Assembly: GCA_000708835.1 (NCBI GenBank)
Contig: DF237124.1
Span: forward strand, 1-64,000
Source of the DNA: Klebsormidium nitens
Taxonomy: Eukaryota; Plantae; Klebsormidiophyceae
Direction of reading: 5' to 3'
DNA length: 64,000 bases
Shown: positions 23,101-36,314 of the stretch, piece after piece
Layout of the letters: each line of letters opens with the position of its first letter
Numbering within the stretch: position 1 is the stretch's first letter
Translations under genes and position numbers: made by a program
Notes under the pieces: generated by a model
Seen by the model: the letters and a program-made list of their open reading frames with translations, nothing else
What the model was told of the DNA's origin: nothing
The model's database searches: none

Positions 23101-26066
23101 GGATGTCTGCGCACGCTACTTCTAGATTGATTAGGTGCTCTTCGGGTACCGCAACGCCCTGAGGAGTTGCGTTTTTCGTGAATTAACGCGCAAACTTTTG
23201 ATAACATTCAAGATCTGGAAAAACGCTTCTTACGTCTGCTTTGCTTCTTTTCTGCAGTTCCCTTCTGACTCGGAGCGTCTCCTACAGAAGTCAGCTCTCA
23301 TCGATTCGCTCCAGGAGTTGGAGTGGGTCACGGAGGAGGCCAGAGAGCAGGTAAAGGCTGCAACAACCCGGCGAGCTGCTCTTTGCCCCGTTATGCTGTT
23401 AGTTTTATCGTCTCATATTGTCCTGTTCCCTGAAGACTCCCAGTCTTGTGTTTTCGGGAGTCGTAGCACCCACTTTCGATCATTCAAAGCGTACTGAAAC
23501 CCTTGTAAGTCAACAGATGACCAGATTCAAAACCTGACAGTATCATGCACCCCTGCGTATCGTCCGTCGTCCGCAACCCCTTTTGAGATCATCCAAAACC
23601 TATCCCTCCAATATAAGGTTCTTGAAGTTCCACGATCACAACGATTGAGAAAAAAGATATGATTCAGCGACGTGGCAGAATGAGTTGCAAGAACAAAATC
23701 TAGGTTTCCGGACAGCGACACGACAGCAAGTTGGTCATATGGCAAGGTGCTGGTTTGCATTCAAATTTGGTTATTCATTCTACAGGCGTTCGCCGCGTTT
23801 CGCCTCGCCGCGGAGTGGAACGCGGAAATCTGCCAGCGGAAGGAGGAGCTGCGCGAGCTGGAGCTGCAAGTGGCGCAGGCAAAGCAGCGCGTCGCGGCGA
23901 CCACTCCGATCCAAGATGAGAGCCTTCCGGTCGCCAAGATGGGCACGGGGACTGGGGAGAAGGGTGGGGACATTGAGGGCAAGGGGGCAGAGACTGGCCG
24001 GGGAGTGAACGAGCGCGAGAAGATCGGGCGGGCAACCGGGGGAAAAGAAGACAAGGCCGGGCGAAAGGACGGGATAGCCCGAGACGAGAGCGAAGTGACC
24101 GGGGAAAAGGAGGACGATATACGCGATACCAAAGAAGACGGATCGGAAAGCGGAAACGAGACAGTCAAAACAGGAATTCAGGTGGCCGAAAAGGCGTTCT
24201 CAAAGGGAAGCGAAGGAAAGGTCACCCGGGAGATGGGAACGGACGCTCCGACGCCGTTCGAGGTGCAAGAGCTGGAGATTGCGGCGCTGCAGCTGCAAGT
24301 ATTAGCCAACCGGGGGGATCTCCTCGTAGCAAAGCAGAAGATACCGGGCGAGATGGCTGGTGCAAGCGGACTAGAGGATACAGAGGCAGCTCTTTTGGAG
24401 ACGCTGGACGAGATCAAGGCGGCACAGAGCAGAATGCCGGCAGACGTGACACGGACGAGCGGGCGCTTCGAGGCGGGGAGGCAGCTTGGCGGTGAAGACG
24501 CGGAAGTCGCAGCGGTGGCAAAGGTGAGGCCCTAGTTTGTTGTCTTTGTTAACTCGAAGAACCGATATTCATCAGGTTGAATCCGCCTACGTCATCCAGT
24601 CGTTGTCTTCTTGGGGCGGATATCAGACTGCCGTCACCTTTTGCTTCGACTCCAGCCGTGTAGGCGTCGGCTCGATGACGGATCAATTTACCATAATGAA
24701 AGCTCCTGTGAGTCAGATCGCAAATTCCACCGCCCTTTGGCCGCCCGGCACTCGTTCAATATTGGAAGCACACAATATTCAGCTCCGAGCGTTTCATCAC
24801 AGGATGAGCAGCAGTCTCTTTTCAGTCCAGGAAAGCGCCCCAATATCCACTGTTTGCCTGCAGCAGTAAGCAGTTTGATGTCTTTTTGGCAGGTGGATCC
24901 GGCAGTGGCTGCGATGGGTACCGCAACGGACACACGCGTCGCGGATTTGGAGTCGGAGGTCGCACGAATGAAGGTGGCGTCGGAAGCAGACGCGAAGGAG
25001 GCCGCTAAACAGGGCCAGATTATCGGGGACCTTAAGAAGAAGGTGCAGACGCTGATGGTGAGTTCTAGAACCGCTCGGAAATCACGGCTTCGGCAGAATC
25101 TTTTGAAATATGCGCTTCTGATTCCGCTGGCTTGGTTCCGCTGGCTTCCGTTGGCTTGATTACGATCGAGCACCATTTGAGTCTCCAGCTCAGCCCTGAA
25201 GAAGCTCACGAAGCTGTCAGAAAGACTGAGGAACGGTTAAAACAGGGGAACATTACCAGCAGAAGAACGAACGCTTGCTCGATGCAGAAGTGCTGACCGC
25301 CTGAAAAACTCGATGCTATTACCTCTTCAAATCTCCGAAGAGTCTTCAGATTCAACGACATGAGTCTTGTCAGGACCTGTATTCTTCGACGAACGATTCA
25401 TGCAAGCGCGTGCTTGAACTTCTGAGTTCTTCTTGTAGACCAGTTCTCCCAGTTCTGCTGCACCGACGTTTATCGTAAGCATATGTCGCGTGCTGCTGTG
25501 TTCAGGTTGAGAAGCTGGCCCTTTCCACGGAGCTCGACGGGACGATCCAGGTGTACGAGGAAACTTTGGCGCGGAGGAACGAGGCGGAAGAATCGCGTGT
25601 CGCGCACGTGATTGAGCTTATGAACGAGCAGGTTGAGTTCCACCGGAGCGAACTAGAGCAGGTGCACAACCGGCTGGTGACGGCACTGGACGAGAACGCG
25701 AAGCTCGAGCGCGAGCTGCGGGAGGCCCAACTGAAGCAAGATAAGAAGGTAAGCGAGCGGCGTCTTTTTGGATCTGCAATCTGAACGGAGCATCACGGAT
25801 TGAGCTATCGGTTTGATATGGTGCTTGGTAGCCGTGGTGGTAGCGCTAACGTTTCTCATCGGATTTTTTCCGAAGAGAAGAAGAAACACGAGAGTGAAAG
25901 TGCGATGAATCTAATTACGAGTACACCCTACTTTCTGGTCCTCATCACCAGCTATCATCGACCGAGCAACTCAAGAAACTTAAGACTCATAAGTGGATTT
26001 GACTTGCAGATGTCCAAGTTCTGGAGGGGTCCGGCATGGGAAGAGGGCAGTGGGTCGGCACAGTAG
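20163..26066 (+). CDS. hypothetical Ser/Pro-rich and coiled-coil protein (about 9 exons)
   Basis: Phase-0 exon chain ~20163-20189, 20975-21238, 21847-22014, 22716-22916, 23258-23350, 23786-24523, 24893-25057, 25506-25748, 26010-26066. Heptad-like segments include EELRELELQVAQAKQ and LDENAKLERELREAQLK. The start exon is uncertain. Confidence 0.7.
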
Positions 26067-27322
26067 TTCTAGTTAGTGTGTTCATCTGCGGGTTCGCATC
26101 CATATAGATTCCGAGCATTGGGGGAAAGATTGATTGACTCAAACACGTGTCACTTTTCATCGGAGCGCCTAGTTTTCCGTTGCTAGGTCGTTGATTAAGG
26201 TGCCAGAGTGTACAGGACTTTTTGAGTTCCTTGTAACCGAGAGTTCATACGACCGCACCACGTTCGTTTCTGGGCCGATGAGACGATCACACGAAATCTT
26301 TCTGGGACAATTTCTTCAATTCGGTCGGTTTTGTTTGTACAACACTAGGACTTAACGACTGAGCGAAATTCGGCGTTCAATTTGAAAGAATACTTCCGAT
26401 GCTTCTGCGTGCCAACCAGCTAGCCTCCACTAGCGCTTGACAGCTTGCATCTACAGCTGCTTGGAAGTTCCCCGCATGATTGTGGCGGGGGGTGGAACCC
26501 AGTGTATAATGCCTCTACAGTATATAGTGGCCAAACAGCCAAAGGTAGCTACACTCAAGCGGACCAAGTATTTACATGACAACCTCAAACCTTTCGTGAG
26601 CCTTCAGGAACACCCCGAACTCGGGACCCCGCGTGCTAGCTCAGATACCTTTGCACGGCCTGCTCATGAGGACAGTCACTGTCGCCTGACACAAAAATAG
26701 GGCTCAGGCTCTGAGAGATACCGATGCCTTTTGAGGTGTCACTGTTCATGAAGGCCAATAGCGGATTGATCGGCTCGGCTTTATAACTTGCGACATACTA
26801 CTGCTGCGCGTGGCCTCCATCGTCATAGGATGAAACATTCAAAGGATTTATATGACGTCTATGCAGACGAGGTTTGGTTATCCTGGCCACCACTTGCCAT
26901 CAGCATATGACAACGAGGCTTTTGTCATTCGAGCTCGAGTGACCATGTAAAACCGCTCGCCATTCAGTCGATCGTGATCGTTTGCAATCATTCCCAATCT
27001 CTGACAAGAGTCAGACTTACGGCAGAGAGGAGCTGCAAGAACATACTCACGTACGGAGATAGGGACCATCCTGGAAAGATGCCCGCAGTATTGCACTACA
27101 CAAGTGCTTTGAACATACAGGGCAACCGACGACTCCAGATCAAATAATGCCGCACAATATCTGGTTGCAAGTTGCAGGACATGCCAGGATTTCTCCATGC
27201 CAACGTATATGGTTGCAAATGTAATGCATCATTCTCGGGCGCCGCAGTTTGGAGCATCAAGTCCAATGAAGAAAGGCAGAAACATAGGGCAATCTTCGAG
27301 AGCTGCTCTTCTGTAAGAAATG

Positions 27323-29321
27323 TCAGGATCTCAAGCATTGTAGTACCTCCTCACACTTCAAGTCCTCTGGAAGGCTCTCTTTCGTTACCCCTGTACACCC
27401 CCTGACCTCTAGCCTGGTCTTTCTGCCGCTTCTGCGGTAAGCCCTTAGCGATTCAGCAGTGATTGAATCATTATCACAGAGCACCAAGCGCTTTAGACTC
27501 TTGCAACCAGCAATGATCTTGTCCACCGTCGCATCAGTCAAGTGAGGGCAGCAAACGAGCAGCAACACTTCAAGGTTTGTTTCCGCAGAAACATCCCTGA
27601 GAACTAGGTCGGTGGCATTCCACCAATACGCAATGCGCAATTTTTTCAAGCGCGTGCTGGGCCTGCAACAACGGACAAGAAGATTAGACTTGTACAAGAA
27701 AGCTATATGGATGCATGTATTGAGATAATACCATGTCAATCTTCAAAAAGCACAAGGTGCTTCCTATCTTTTGGAAGTCTTTTGGAAGCCTTTCAACTGA
27801 AAAGATCCAGATTGAAGAATATCAGACTGTCTCTTTGTGTTGAACATGATCCTACAAACATAAGCAGTAGGTTGGCATAGACAAGTCCAGAAGAAACGTG
27901 GTCACATGTCAACCTGCAGTCCTGTGGAGCTCTGCCACTCACCCGAACTTTGGTACACGGGAAAGCCCTCGCATGGTGTGCAGCGCTACTGTTTCCAGCG
28001 CCGGCAGCGCCGCAAAGAAGGCTGCCAGTCCACTGTCCGTAACCGCATGCTCACAGGAGACACTGAAAGTGCTCAACAAAGGGCAGCTGGCAGCTACGGA
28101 TTGCAGCGTCTCATCACCGACACCACAACCATGGAGCAAGAGCGCTCGCAAGCCTGGGCATGCCCTGGCAGCCCCTTCCAAACCCTGTCCCAGAGACGCG
28201 TTACCCAGATCGGCTTGTACGCTGAGATCTCTCAAGTTGGGACACGCTTTTCCGGCAGCCAGCAAGCCCTCGTTTGTTAACCCAACACAAAGGTCCAGGT
28301 CCAGCACCTCTACTCTGCACTTCAGGCCGCCGAACGCCTCGCCAGTGAACCCCCCGCAGTCGCCCAGCCTCAAAGCAACCAACTCAGAACAACCCCTCAG
28401 AACAGCGTTGAGGCCAACGTCTGAAAAGCCAGAACACCCCTCCAGTTGCAACTTGCGCAGGTTGCGACAGCCTTGCGCAATGATGTTCATTGCAGAATCG
28501 TCCAAAGGAACAATGTTGGCCTGCTCTGTGAGTAGTAGTCCTGGCGCGGGGGAATCTTGCTGCAGCATCCTTGGAGGGGGAATCTTGGGGCCTTGTATGT
28601 GCAGATTCTGAAGTCTTGCAAAACGCGTGACCAGTGACGGGAGGGCAGTGATCTGGGGGCCTTCTTGCAGACTCATGAGCGTGCGCGCAAAGCTGGACAC
28701 CTCGAGCCACTCACGGCAGACCAAGGAGCACGCCTGAAGAGTGCTGTTGTCCACACGGGACATGATTTTTGCCAAGCAACCCCCATCCAGCTGAGCAACG
28801 CTAGCGGCCCCCATCGCCAGTGACAACTCTGCAACCTCATGCCCCACCAACTGACTCCCCTCCTCCTCAATCTGAGGCAGGGCCTCCCCCTGACCAGCCA
28901 AGCCCTCCTCCAAACAAAAAGTCAAAGTCCCCCCCTCCTGCTCTCCCCTTTGAGGCAGGGCCTCCCCCCTGCCGCACAATCCCTGCTCGCACAAAGTGAG
29001 CTGCAGCTCTCCCTCCTGAGATTTAGCGTCGGAATTCAGGCTGAGGGGCTCGAGGGCGGAGGCGTCAGACACCGCGTGGTTTTGTTCACCATCCGCATCC
29101 TCGAGGAGCTGAGCAGGCTGAGAAGAAGTAGGGAGAGGGAGTGCCTCATCAACAGCAGCAACCAGCAGAGAATCATCAGAGGAGACACTCAGTCCTAGGA
29201 GGGGAGAGACGGAGTGGTAGAGGCTAAGGAAAGGAGCGGCGGTCAACTGGTTCGCTCGCTCCACGCGAAAGCGAAGCTCCTGCTGGCTCATGCCAAGCAG
29301 GCCTGCCACAAACGCCGCCAT
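27323..29321 (-). CDS. F-box/LRR (RNI/AMN1-like) protein
   Basis: Exon 29321-27943 plus exon 27662-~27323. F-box-like LDGGCLAKIMSRVD..LQACSLVCREW, followed by cysteine-containing LRRs (LRKLQLEGCSGFSDVGL, LDLCVGLTNEGL, CCPHLTDATV). Confidence 0.85.
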
Positions 29322-29393
29322 GCTACAGAGTAGGGAAATGCTCTGCAACAGGTAGCGCGCTATCTCCTAAACTCTCCTAGCCTCTACAACAGA

Positions 29394-29490
29394 TCGCTGG
29401 TCGCTGGTCGCTGGTCGCTGAACGCTGGTCGCTGAACGCCCCCTGAACGCTGAATGCTGATCGCTGATCGCTGATCGCCAAAGATCGCCT
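29394..29490. repeat. heptamer tandem array (TCGCTGG/TCGCTGA/ACGCTGA), about 13 units
   Basis: Read directly from the sequence, just upstream of the F-box start. Confidence 0.85.
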
Positions 29491-30405
29491 GGGCGCCAAA
29501 GCGCTAAAACACAACTTGCTTCCAAAGGAAGGGAAAGTTGTGAACAAGCAGCAGGCTTGCAGCTGCTTTTACAGATCCCTTCCTGAGTCCCAGTCAGCTT
29601 GGATACAGACAGGCAGCAGACGGTACCGGACGACTTCCAGGTACGGTACCGTCTGGGCTATCTTCAGTTCCGGTACCTACCTTAGATTCCACGTGGCATG
29701 ATCCGATTGATGCAACTACACCGACGGTGGAGGGGATCCCCTCAGCCGTCCAGTGTCCCTACCTATCCCGAGTCAGACCAATTGGGAAGCTTTCTTTGCC
29801 TTATTCTATTCTGCGACTACCTATTTGCCACTGGTCCTTCCAGCATGACTCGCCCGAGTCCAAGGTGGCACCCAGGCTTCTCTGCTGCGCTACCCCCGCC
29901 TCCCTGACCCGCCATTGCATGCACTGAGCCGCCCGCTGAGCCGGCCTCTCTTTACAAGTTTGATGGTGCAGTCCTGCATGCGAGGTCCATGCCACTCAAC
30001 AGCGGCGCCAGACAATGCGGGCTTGTCACCTGGTGCACACTGCAGGCAGCTCTCCAGGGGCTGCTGCACACAGTGTGCACACAATGTGCACACAGTGACA
30101 GTCATGGGATCCCCCAAGCAAAACGCCCGAGACGGAAACCGGGGCCCCGAAAGGGGTCATTTTACATACTGGCGATCCGACGCCCGGGAGTCTCTCTATG
30201 TACAGCTAGTCTGCAATGATGAGTTGGCAGAACTGCATGTGCCAAATTGTTCACGTTTTGAAAACAAAGGCTCAGCCGAGCCGCTTGTGAAAGCATTGAT
30301 CGCCTCGCAGCTTGCAATGCATGGCGACGGTGGGGAGAACTGACCTCCTGACATTCTGAAGAGATTAGTGGGCGATTAGTCTAGTGCTATTGCAGTGTTG
30401 ACTCC

Positions 30406-33400
30406 ATGCCAGCAGCCATTATGGCCGCAACAGCGGCCAATGGCGGGTCTTCGAGGCCTCCGACCAGTCCTACAGCATGCAAGGGAAGCCAGGGACTGCC
30501 CCCACTGGAGAAGTTCCCGGCACAAGGTTACCTTCACAATATCTGGCAGGGCTTCCGCTCCATCGTCGCGTACCTGCTGTGGCCTGTGCACTACATACAT
30601 CGTGTGGGTTGGCAGGTAATAAGCGACCAATGCTCCAAGTTCCCGGTTTTGATTGCCTCGTTCTCTGCCTGCTCCAATATCTGGGTTGAAGTTTCTTGCC
30701 CAAATAAGGAGAACGTTTTATTTCAAAGGAGGCCAAGTCTCAAGGTTGTCAGCATTGGTATAATAGAATTTGAAGAATCGGGCCTCCGTGGATTTTCGTG
30801 CTTAGGAGAGTTCTTCATGTGGCTGTAGTTTCTCCGTTTTTTTTCGAGCTGGTAAAGAGGAACTCTACCTCTTTACCAGCTCGAAAGACTCTGCCTAAGG
30901 TTCGTGAGCTGATTATGGGACCCTTTCAGCACTTCCGACAAAAAGTGCAAGCACTGCCTGCTCTCACAAGAATACAGCTTGTCAATGTCTGATGGCACGT
31001 TTGAGGCATTCAATGTAGATTGAGCAAGAAAGACAGGCCAATTATGCTGACGATATTCACTAACTGTTTTCAATCCCCTGTGCCAGAGGGCCTTGGCCTC
31101 CGCCATCATGTGTCTGTTGACATTCTTCCATGGAAAACCCCTGAGGAAATTGGGCATTGCCATGGAATGGCTGGGAAACTCCATACTAGGTGGGTCCCTT
31201 GCTTCGCTCTCTTTAAGAATGTCATCATTCTTCACGCTATCCTCTCACATGGATCAGAATGTACTGAAGGGCGCAAGAAGATCAAAGTCAATCATCCCCT
31301 CCACACAGCTGATTCATTTCTGGCTAATCCGCTCTGGGATTTCAAAGGATTAAGGGAATTCTAACAACAAGAAGCAATGTGTAGGTGACTCAAGGGTGCG
31401 GCCATCTCCTCCAGCCCTTCAATGTAGACATGCTGGAAGCTCACGAAGTCTTGGCTTTGCATAAGCAAGTGCTGTCGACCAGATTCATTGCTCCTCTTCT
31501 AATGACTTAAAAGAATGATACCTTCCAGCCCTTAGTTTCCAGAAGCTTCATGTGCGAATATTTCAGAAAAGTGCTATTCTTTTACGCTGGCGAAGCTCCA
31601 AAGGCTCAGATTCTGGTTCACATTCCCAACCCTCAGCACTGAAGTTTTGTTCTGAAAAAAGGCAACTCCCCGCTCAACTCGCCTCAGACTTTCAGGCTCA
31701 AGCCACTAACCAACGAAGCTATATTCTTGACCCAGTTGCAGTCAGAATCCTGTATTGACCTCAAGTTTTTGGCTCTTTGGTGGGAAGAATTCTGTCCCCT
31801 GAAAGATGCTCTGCGGTTCTACTGCAGGTCCGGACAAGGATACCAAGTGCAACCTGACGGTGATTGGCCTCCTCGACAGGAACTTCACTCTGGATGAGCA
31901 CACGGTTACCACCTTTCCTTCGGAAACACCAAGCGCACGCACCAACGCTTTGGTGTGCTGCATGGCTTCCAAGGTCATCTATGAAGACGATCGCCTTGTA
32001 GAGCACGTTGTCAACAACGTGTGGAACAAAAACGTGAGCACCAATTGAGTTTGAGCTCCGCGTTATCAAATCAGTCCTCTCCTGATAGCATTCAGATGCT
32101 GGCTGCTTGGCTCAGTAGTTGTGGAGCCTTATGACAACAATTAAATGCACGTACCCTCGTAGCCGTACCTTGGTGCAACCTCAATAGCTACTTCTTTGAT
32201 CTACCTTTTATTGAAGAGTCAACGCTCGAAATGGCCACTTATTGCTTGGGCGTCTAACCTTTCAGCTCAATCTGCTTTGCTTTCAGATTTTCTGGTCCGT
32301 TGGACTAAGCTCGGAGTAAGCCGATCTAGCTTGCCGGTTCCCTTCCTATCTATCTTGTTAGCTGCAAGTGGATTAGATGCCCTTTAATGATTGGAAAGAC
32401 GGCACCTTGGTTTCTGAAGGCAACTTTAGTCTGTCCAACCATGACGCTTGAAGCCAACTTATTGTCTTCTCCTTTCTACGTGCAGAATAAGGGCGAGAAG
32501 TTCAAGTTCATTGAGTGGTATCACTACACGACACAAGGGCAGGATCGCGTAGGTAAGCGAACCTAAAACGGATCGATTGATAGACACCTGAGTCGAGTCT
32601 AGTTCTGATGATCGGCCTCGTTCTTGCGAAACGCTACACAGATAGTTCTGGTTGTTGTTTGACTTTCCCCCATCACACCTTGGCCTTCGCAATCCCTCCT
32701 CGATGCCGATTCGCTATAAGGAACGCTACGACGTACCGACCTTCGAAGATTGCTGCAAGGAACCGATGCCCTAGGCTTCTCAGGTCCCTTGTAGTGCGGT
32801 GACTACTTCACGGCACCAGCATACGACTGGAGTGCTAATATCTTCGCTCTATATCCGACACACGGAATGTCTGCAACCACTTGAACCTTTTGATTTGCTG
32901 GGCAAGCTGTTGGATACGCTGATGCCAACCAGATCAAGCAAGGCAGAAAGTTTGCTCTAGCTCTCTGAAGGCACCTCATCTTAACCCCAATATTGATACT
33001 TAAGTAACGCTGGTTCTGATCGACTTTTTCCAAAGGAATGCAGACACTCAAGCCATGCTCGTGAAGAAGGGACACGCTGTCATCGTTGCTTTCCGAGGGA
33101 CGCAGCCTTTCAGCGTCGTGGACTGGGCTACTGACTTTCGCTTCAGCTGGTGGGATGGTATTCCGCCACTTGGCAGGTAGGCACTGTGTGTTTTCGGATC
33201 AACAATGCAAAGTTCCGCACCACTCGCATATAAGTTGACTCAATATCAATGATAATCTGACTCGCAATGATTTGTACAGCCACCGATCAAGATGGCGCTC
33301 GAAGTCTAGGATCTTATGGAGAAGTTATGACTCGCAAAACTTCTGGTTAGAGGATGCGCTTTCGAATCATGAACGCGACTTGGACTCTTCCCTTGAGCGG

Positions 33401-35952
33401 TTTGTGTCAAAATGATGCCCAAGTTGGCTCTTACCCGAGTGAATTCACAGCTTCGCTGAGTTTCTCCGTTGCTTCGGGTTTTGCCTCTTTGACTCAATAC
33501 ACTTCCACATCTGACTCAATACACTTCCACATCTGAAAAATGCTGCAAACGGGCTTCAGAGCCTATGACTAGACTCGCACAAGTACCACTCCTATCTTTG
33601 AGTTTGCCATTTCCGAGCAGAGTGCACATCGGCTTCCTCGAGAGCCTCGGCCTCGGTGCCCCGATCGACGACGAGGACCCTTCCGAGAAGGATGAGTCTA
33701 CCAGACTAGAAGAGGACGAAAAGCTGAGAGCTTTTTCAAAGTGAGTCGTGGTCCATCGATATCGCCACAAACTCTGAGCAAGCTTTCTTAGAAGTGTCTT
33801 GGGTGTTTGCTGATGGCACCCATCTGCTGACCATGTGTTTTTGCTTGGGTCCGCAAAGCGAGTCACCTTGAAAGCTGAGCTTGTACCGAAGCTGCCGTAG
33901 TTGAACTACTGTTGCAGGGGCGCGTGACGCTCAGGAAAGCTTGCAGCCGGTCAATCTATCCATGTCACAATCACACTTTACCGTAGAGTCATGTGCATAG
34001 CAAGAGCATGCACTGCACAGGAGAACGTAATGACTAAGGCTTATTGGCAACCTGCTTTTAACTCGGAAAGTGGGACCGGGCACGTAGCCTGAAAAAGCCT
34101 GGTGTGAGCGACTTGTTCCGGCCGAGCCCCCAGAAAGCCTTCGCTACTAACCTGTTTGAGCTTAAGTTTCTTAACCAACGCTTACCAGCTTCGTCGGGTA
34201 GAAGGGCATCTAAAGAAGCCTGTTTAAGCCTGGTTTTTCCCTGTTTTTGTTAAACATAGATCTGTACGCAAACGCCTCCTTGGCAGGTACATCAACCTGT
34301 GCCAAACCCGCCACCGCCAGGGCACAAAGCGCCGCGACGACACCGCGGGCCGCAAGTCGCGTGCGGATGTCCGAGACCCGCAAACCCCGGCGTCCGACGA
34401 GTCTGAGGCCGACGTGCTAGCCCGCTTCTTAAAGGATTACGTCCTCGAGGACAAAAGCGCGCTCGCCAATAAGGCCGCGCCGCTGTCCGAGGAGGTGTGC
34501 GACCAATGGAACGTGCGCGACAACGCGCCGCTCTACTGGAAGATCCGACTCGCGCTCGCGAACGCGCTGCGCGCGGACCCCGAGGCCAAGGTCTACATCA
34601 CCGGGCACAGCCTGGGCGGCGCGCTCGCCGCGCTCTTCGCGGGGCTGCTGGCGGCCGAGAATGACGTCATGGCGGAGCGCATCGGCGGGCTGTACACGTT
34701 CGGGCAGCCGCGCATCGGGGACTGGTCATTCGCGGAGTACCTGCACAACAAGCTGAACCTGCCGGAGCAGCGCTACGTGCGCCTGATCTACGCCAATGAC
34801 CTGGTGCCACGTGTGCCTTTCAACAGCAGCATGCATCAGTACAAGCACCTGGGGCCGTACCACGTGTCCAACGCGTTCTACGCCGTCACGGTCTGTCACA
34901 TGCCGCATTTCTGATCGCATACTCTGTACGTTCTCGCTCATCGGAGTCGTTTTCAAGGCGCTGCTCAATTCTAGCGTTGGCCAAGTGGTTTGGGAGATGG
35001 GCTGCTGCGCTTCAACTTCGAACCAAGAATCAAGCAGGCATCCTGTTGAGGGAGGAAACGCTTGGGGAGTGCGCGTGTGCGTCGTTCGTGCGGTCGTCTT
35101 TCTGGGCCGTTGACCTTCCAAAGCTGTGCTTTTTGCCAATGCAAGGCAAATCTCAACGTTTGATCTTGAAAGAGCGTTGCATACCAAGGTATAGGAGTAC
35201 TCATTATCGATTAGGAACGGCGTCCTGGGACCGAGCGTGTCACCACCAAATGCAGTCAGATCTAGATTGCCACGTTTAAACTTCAAGAACACTTTCGAAA
35301 CACCCTGCAACTCTCCAGAGAGAGCAAATACCTCTGTAACTATTCTTATGTTGTTTCCCGAGGCTGCGGACCTGACCCCTAAGCACTCGTGCGTCCATTG
35401 CGTTGAGTAGTCCTGGATCGCTTTATGGTTCGTTGATTTTGAGTAAGCTAAGCAGAAAGGCTGGTAGTGCACAATGGACTCGTCCGCTCGCGCTGGTTTT
35501 TCTGAGTGTCTGGGCCCCCGTCTGCAGCATCTTTGGTCGGTTGTGGTTTGCAAATCCGTATTCAAACACTCGATGTGGCGGCAGGCAATCTTGGCCTGTT
35601 AATGAGGACTTTTGCTACACATACGACCAGGCAAAAACCTTTGCCTGACAGCAGATTGATTCCGTTCTCTTCTTCCCGGCAGGTCGGCACATCCACCGAG
35701 CAGCCGGCGATGGGCGTGATAGCTCCGTACCTCACCATCATTCTGGAGTTCTGGTACAACGTAGTCTGGAACGAGATCGCAAACCTGTGCTTTCGGGACG
35801 TTCCAAGACCCCGGGAGACGTGCTTCCAGATGCTCGTCCGAGCGCTTTCTATGTTTGCGCCGAGGATCGCGGCGCACAACCCGGCCAACTACCTGAATGC
35901 GGTGCGGTACGGCTTCCCCCACGGAGAGCAGAAGAAGCAGCCGCCCACTTGA
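30406..35952 (+). CDS. class 3 triacylglycerol lipase (OBL1-like)
   Basis: Exons 30406-30615, 31087-~31189, 31828-32033, 32486-32552, 33044-33176, 33621-33740, 34287-34890 and 35683-35952. Motifs MASKVIYED, DTQAM, VIVAFRGTQPF, VHIGFLE, ITGHSLGGALA, LYTFGQPRIGD, NDLVPRVPF and YKHLG. One internal exon may be missing from this model. Confidence 0.92.
33490..33533. repeat. perfect 22-bp tandem duplication in a lipase intron
   Basis: TGACTCAATACACTTCCACATC x2. Confidence 0.9.
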
Positions 35953-36069
35953 GGTGGCGGAGAAGCTAAGAAGTTTAGGTGACCGAACGACACAACAGCC
36001 TGTAGATAGGCCCGAGCCCCCCTGGAGCCCCTCAGTTTGCAGTTAAGGCCCTCAGCTTTTTTTCGGGTT

Positions 36070-36314
36070 GGGCTTAGTGATAGAGCAGACCGTTGGCGGT
36101 TTTGAAAGAAACGCCGCTTTGGAGCTTGCTATTTTGAACAAATCAGGGATAGGTATAGGGCATGATCAGTGTTGCATTTGAATACTGGCGCAGGGCTTAG
36201 TGATAGAGCGCGGACCGTTGGCCTTCTTGAAAGAAACGCGCTTTGGAGCTTGCTAGTTTGAACAGATCAGGAACAGATAGAGAGCGTGATCAGTGTTGCA
36301 TCTATTGTTGGCGC
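36070..36314. repeat. ~123-bp tandem duplication downstream of the lipase stop
   Basis: Both copies read GGGCTTAGTGATAGAGC...TTGAAAGAAACGC...CTTTGGAGCTTGCTA.TTTGAACA.ATCAGG...TGATCAGTGTTGCAT...TGGCGC and start at 36070 and 36193. Confidence 0.85.

Noticed and set aside
29394-29490. CRISPR-like array
   Set aside because: It is a simple heptamer tandem repeat with no spacers, in a eukaryotic context with no cas genes.
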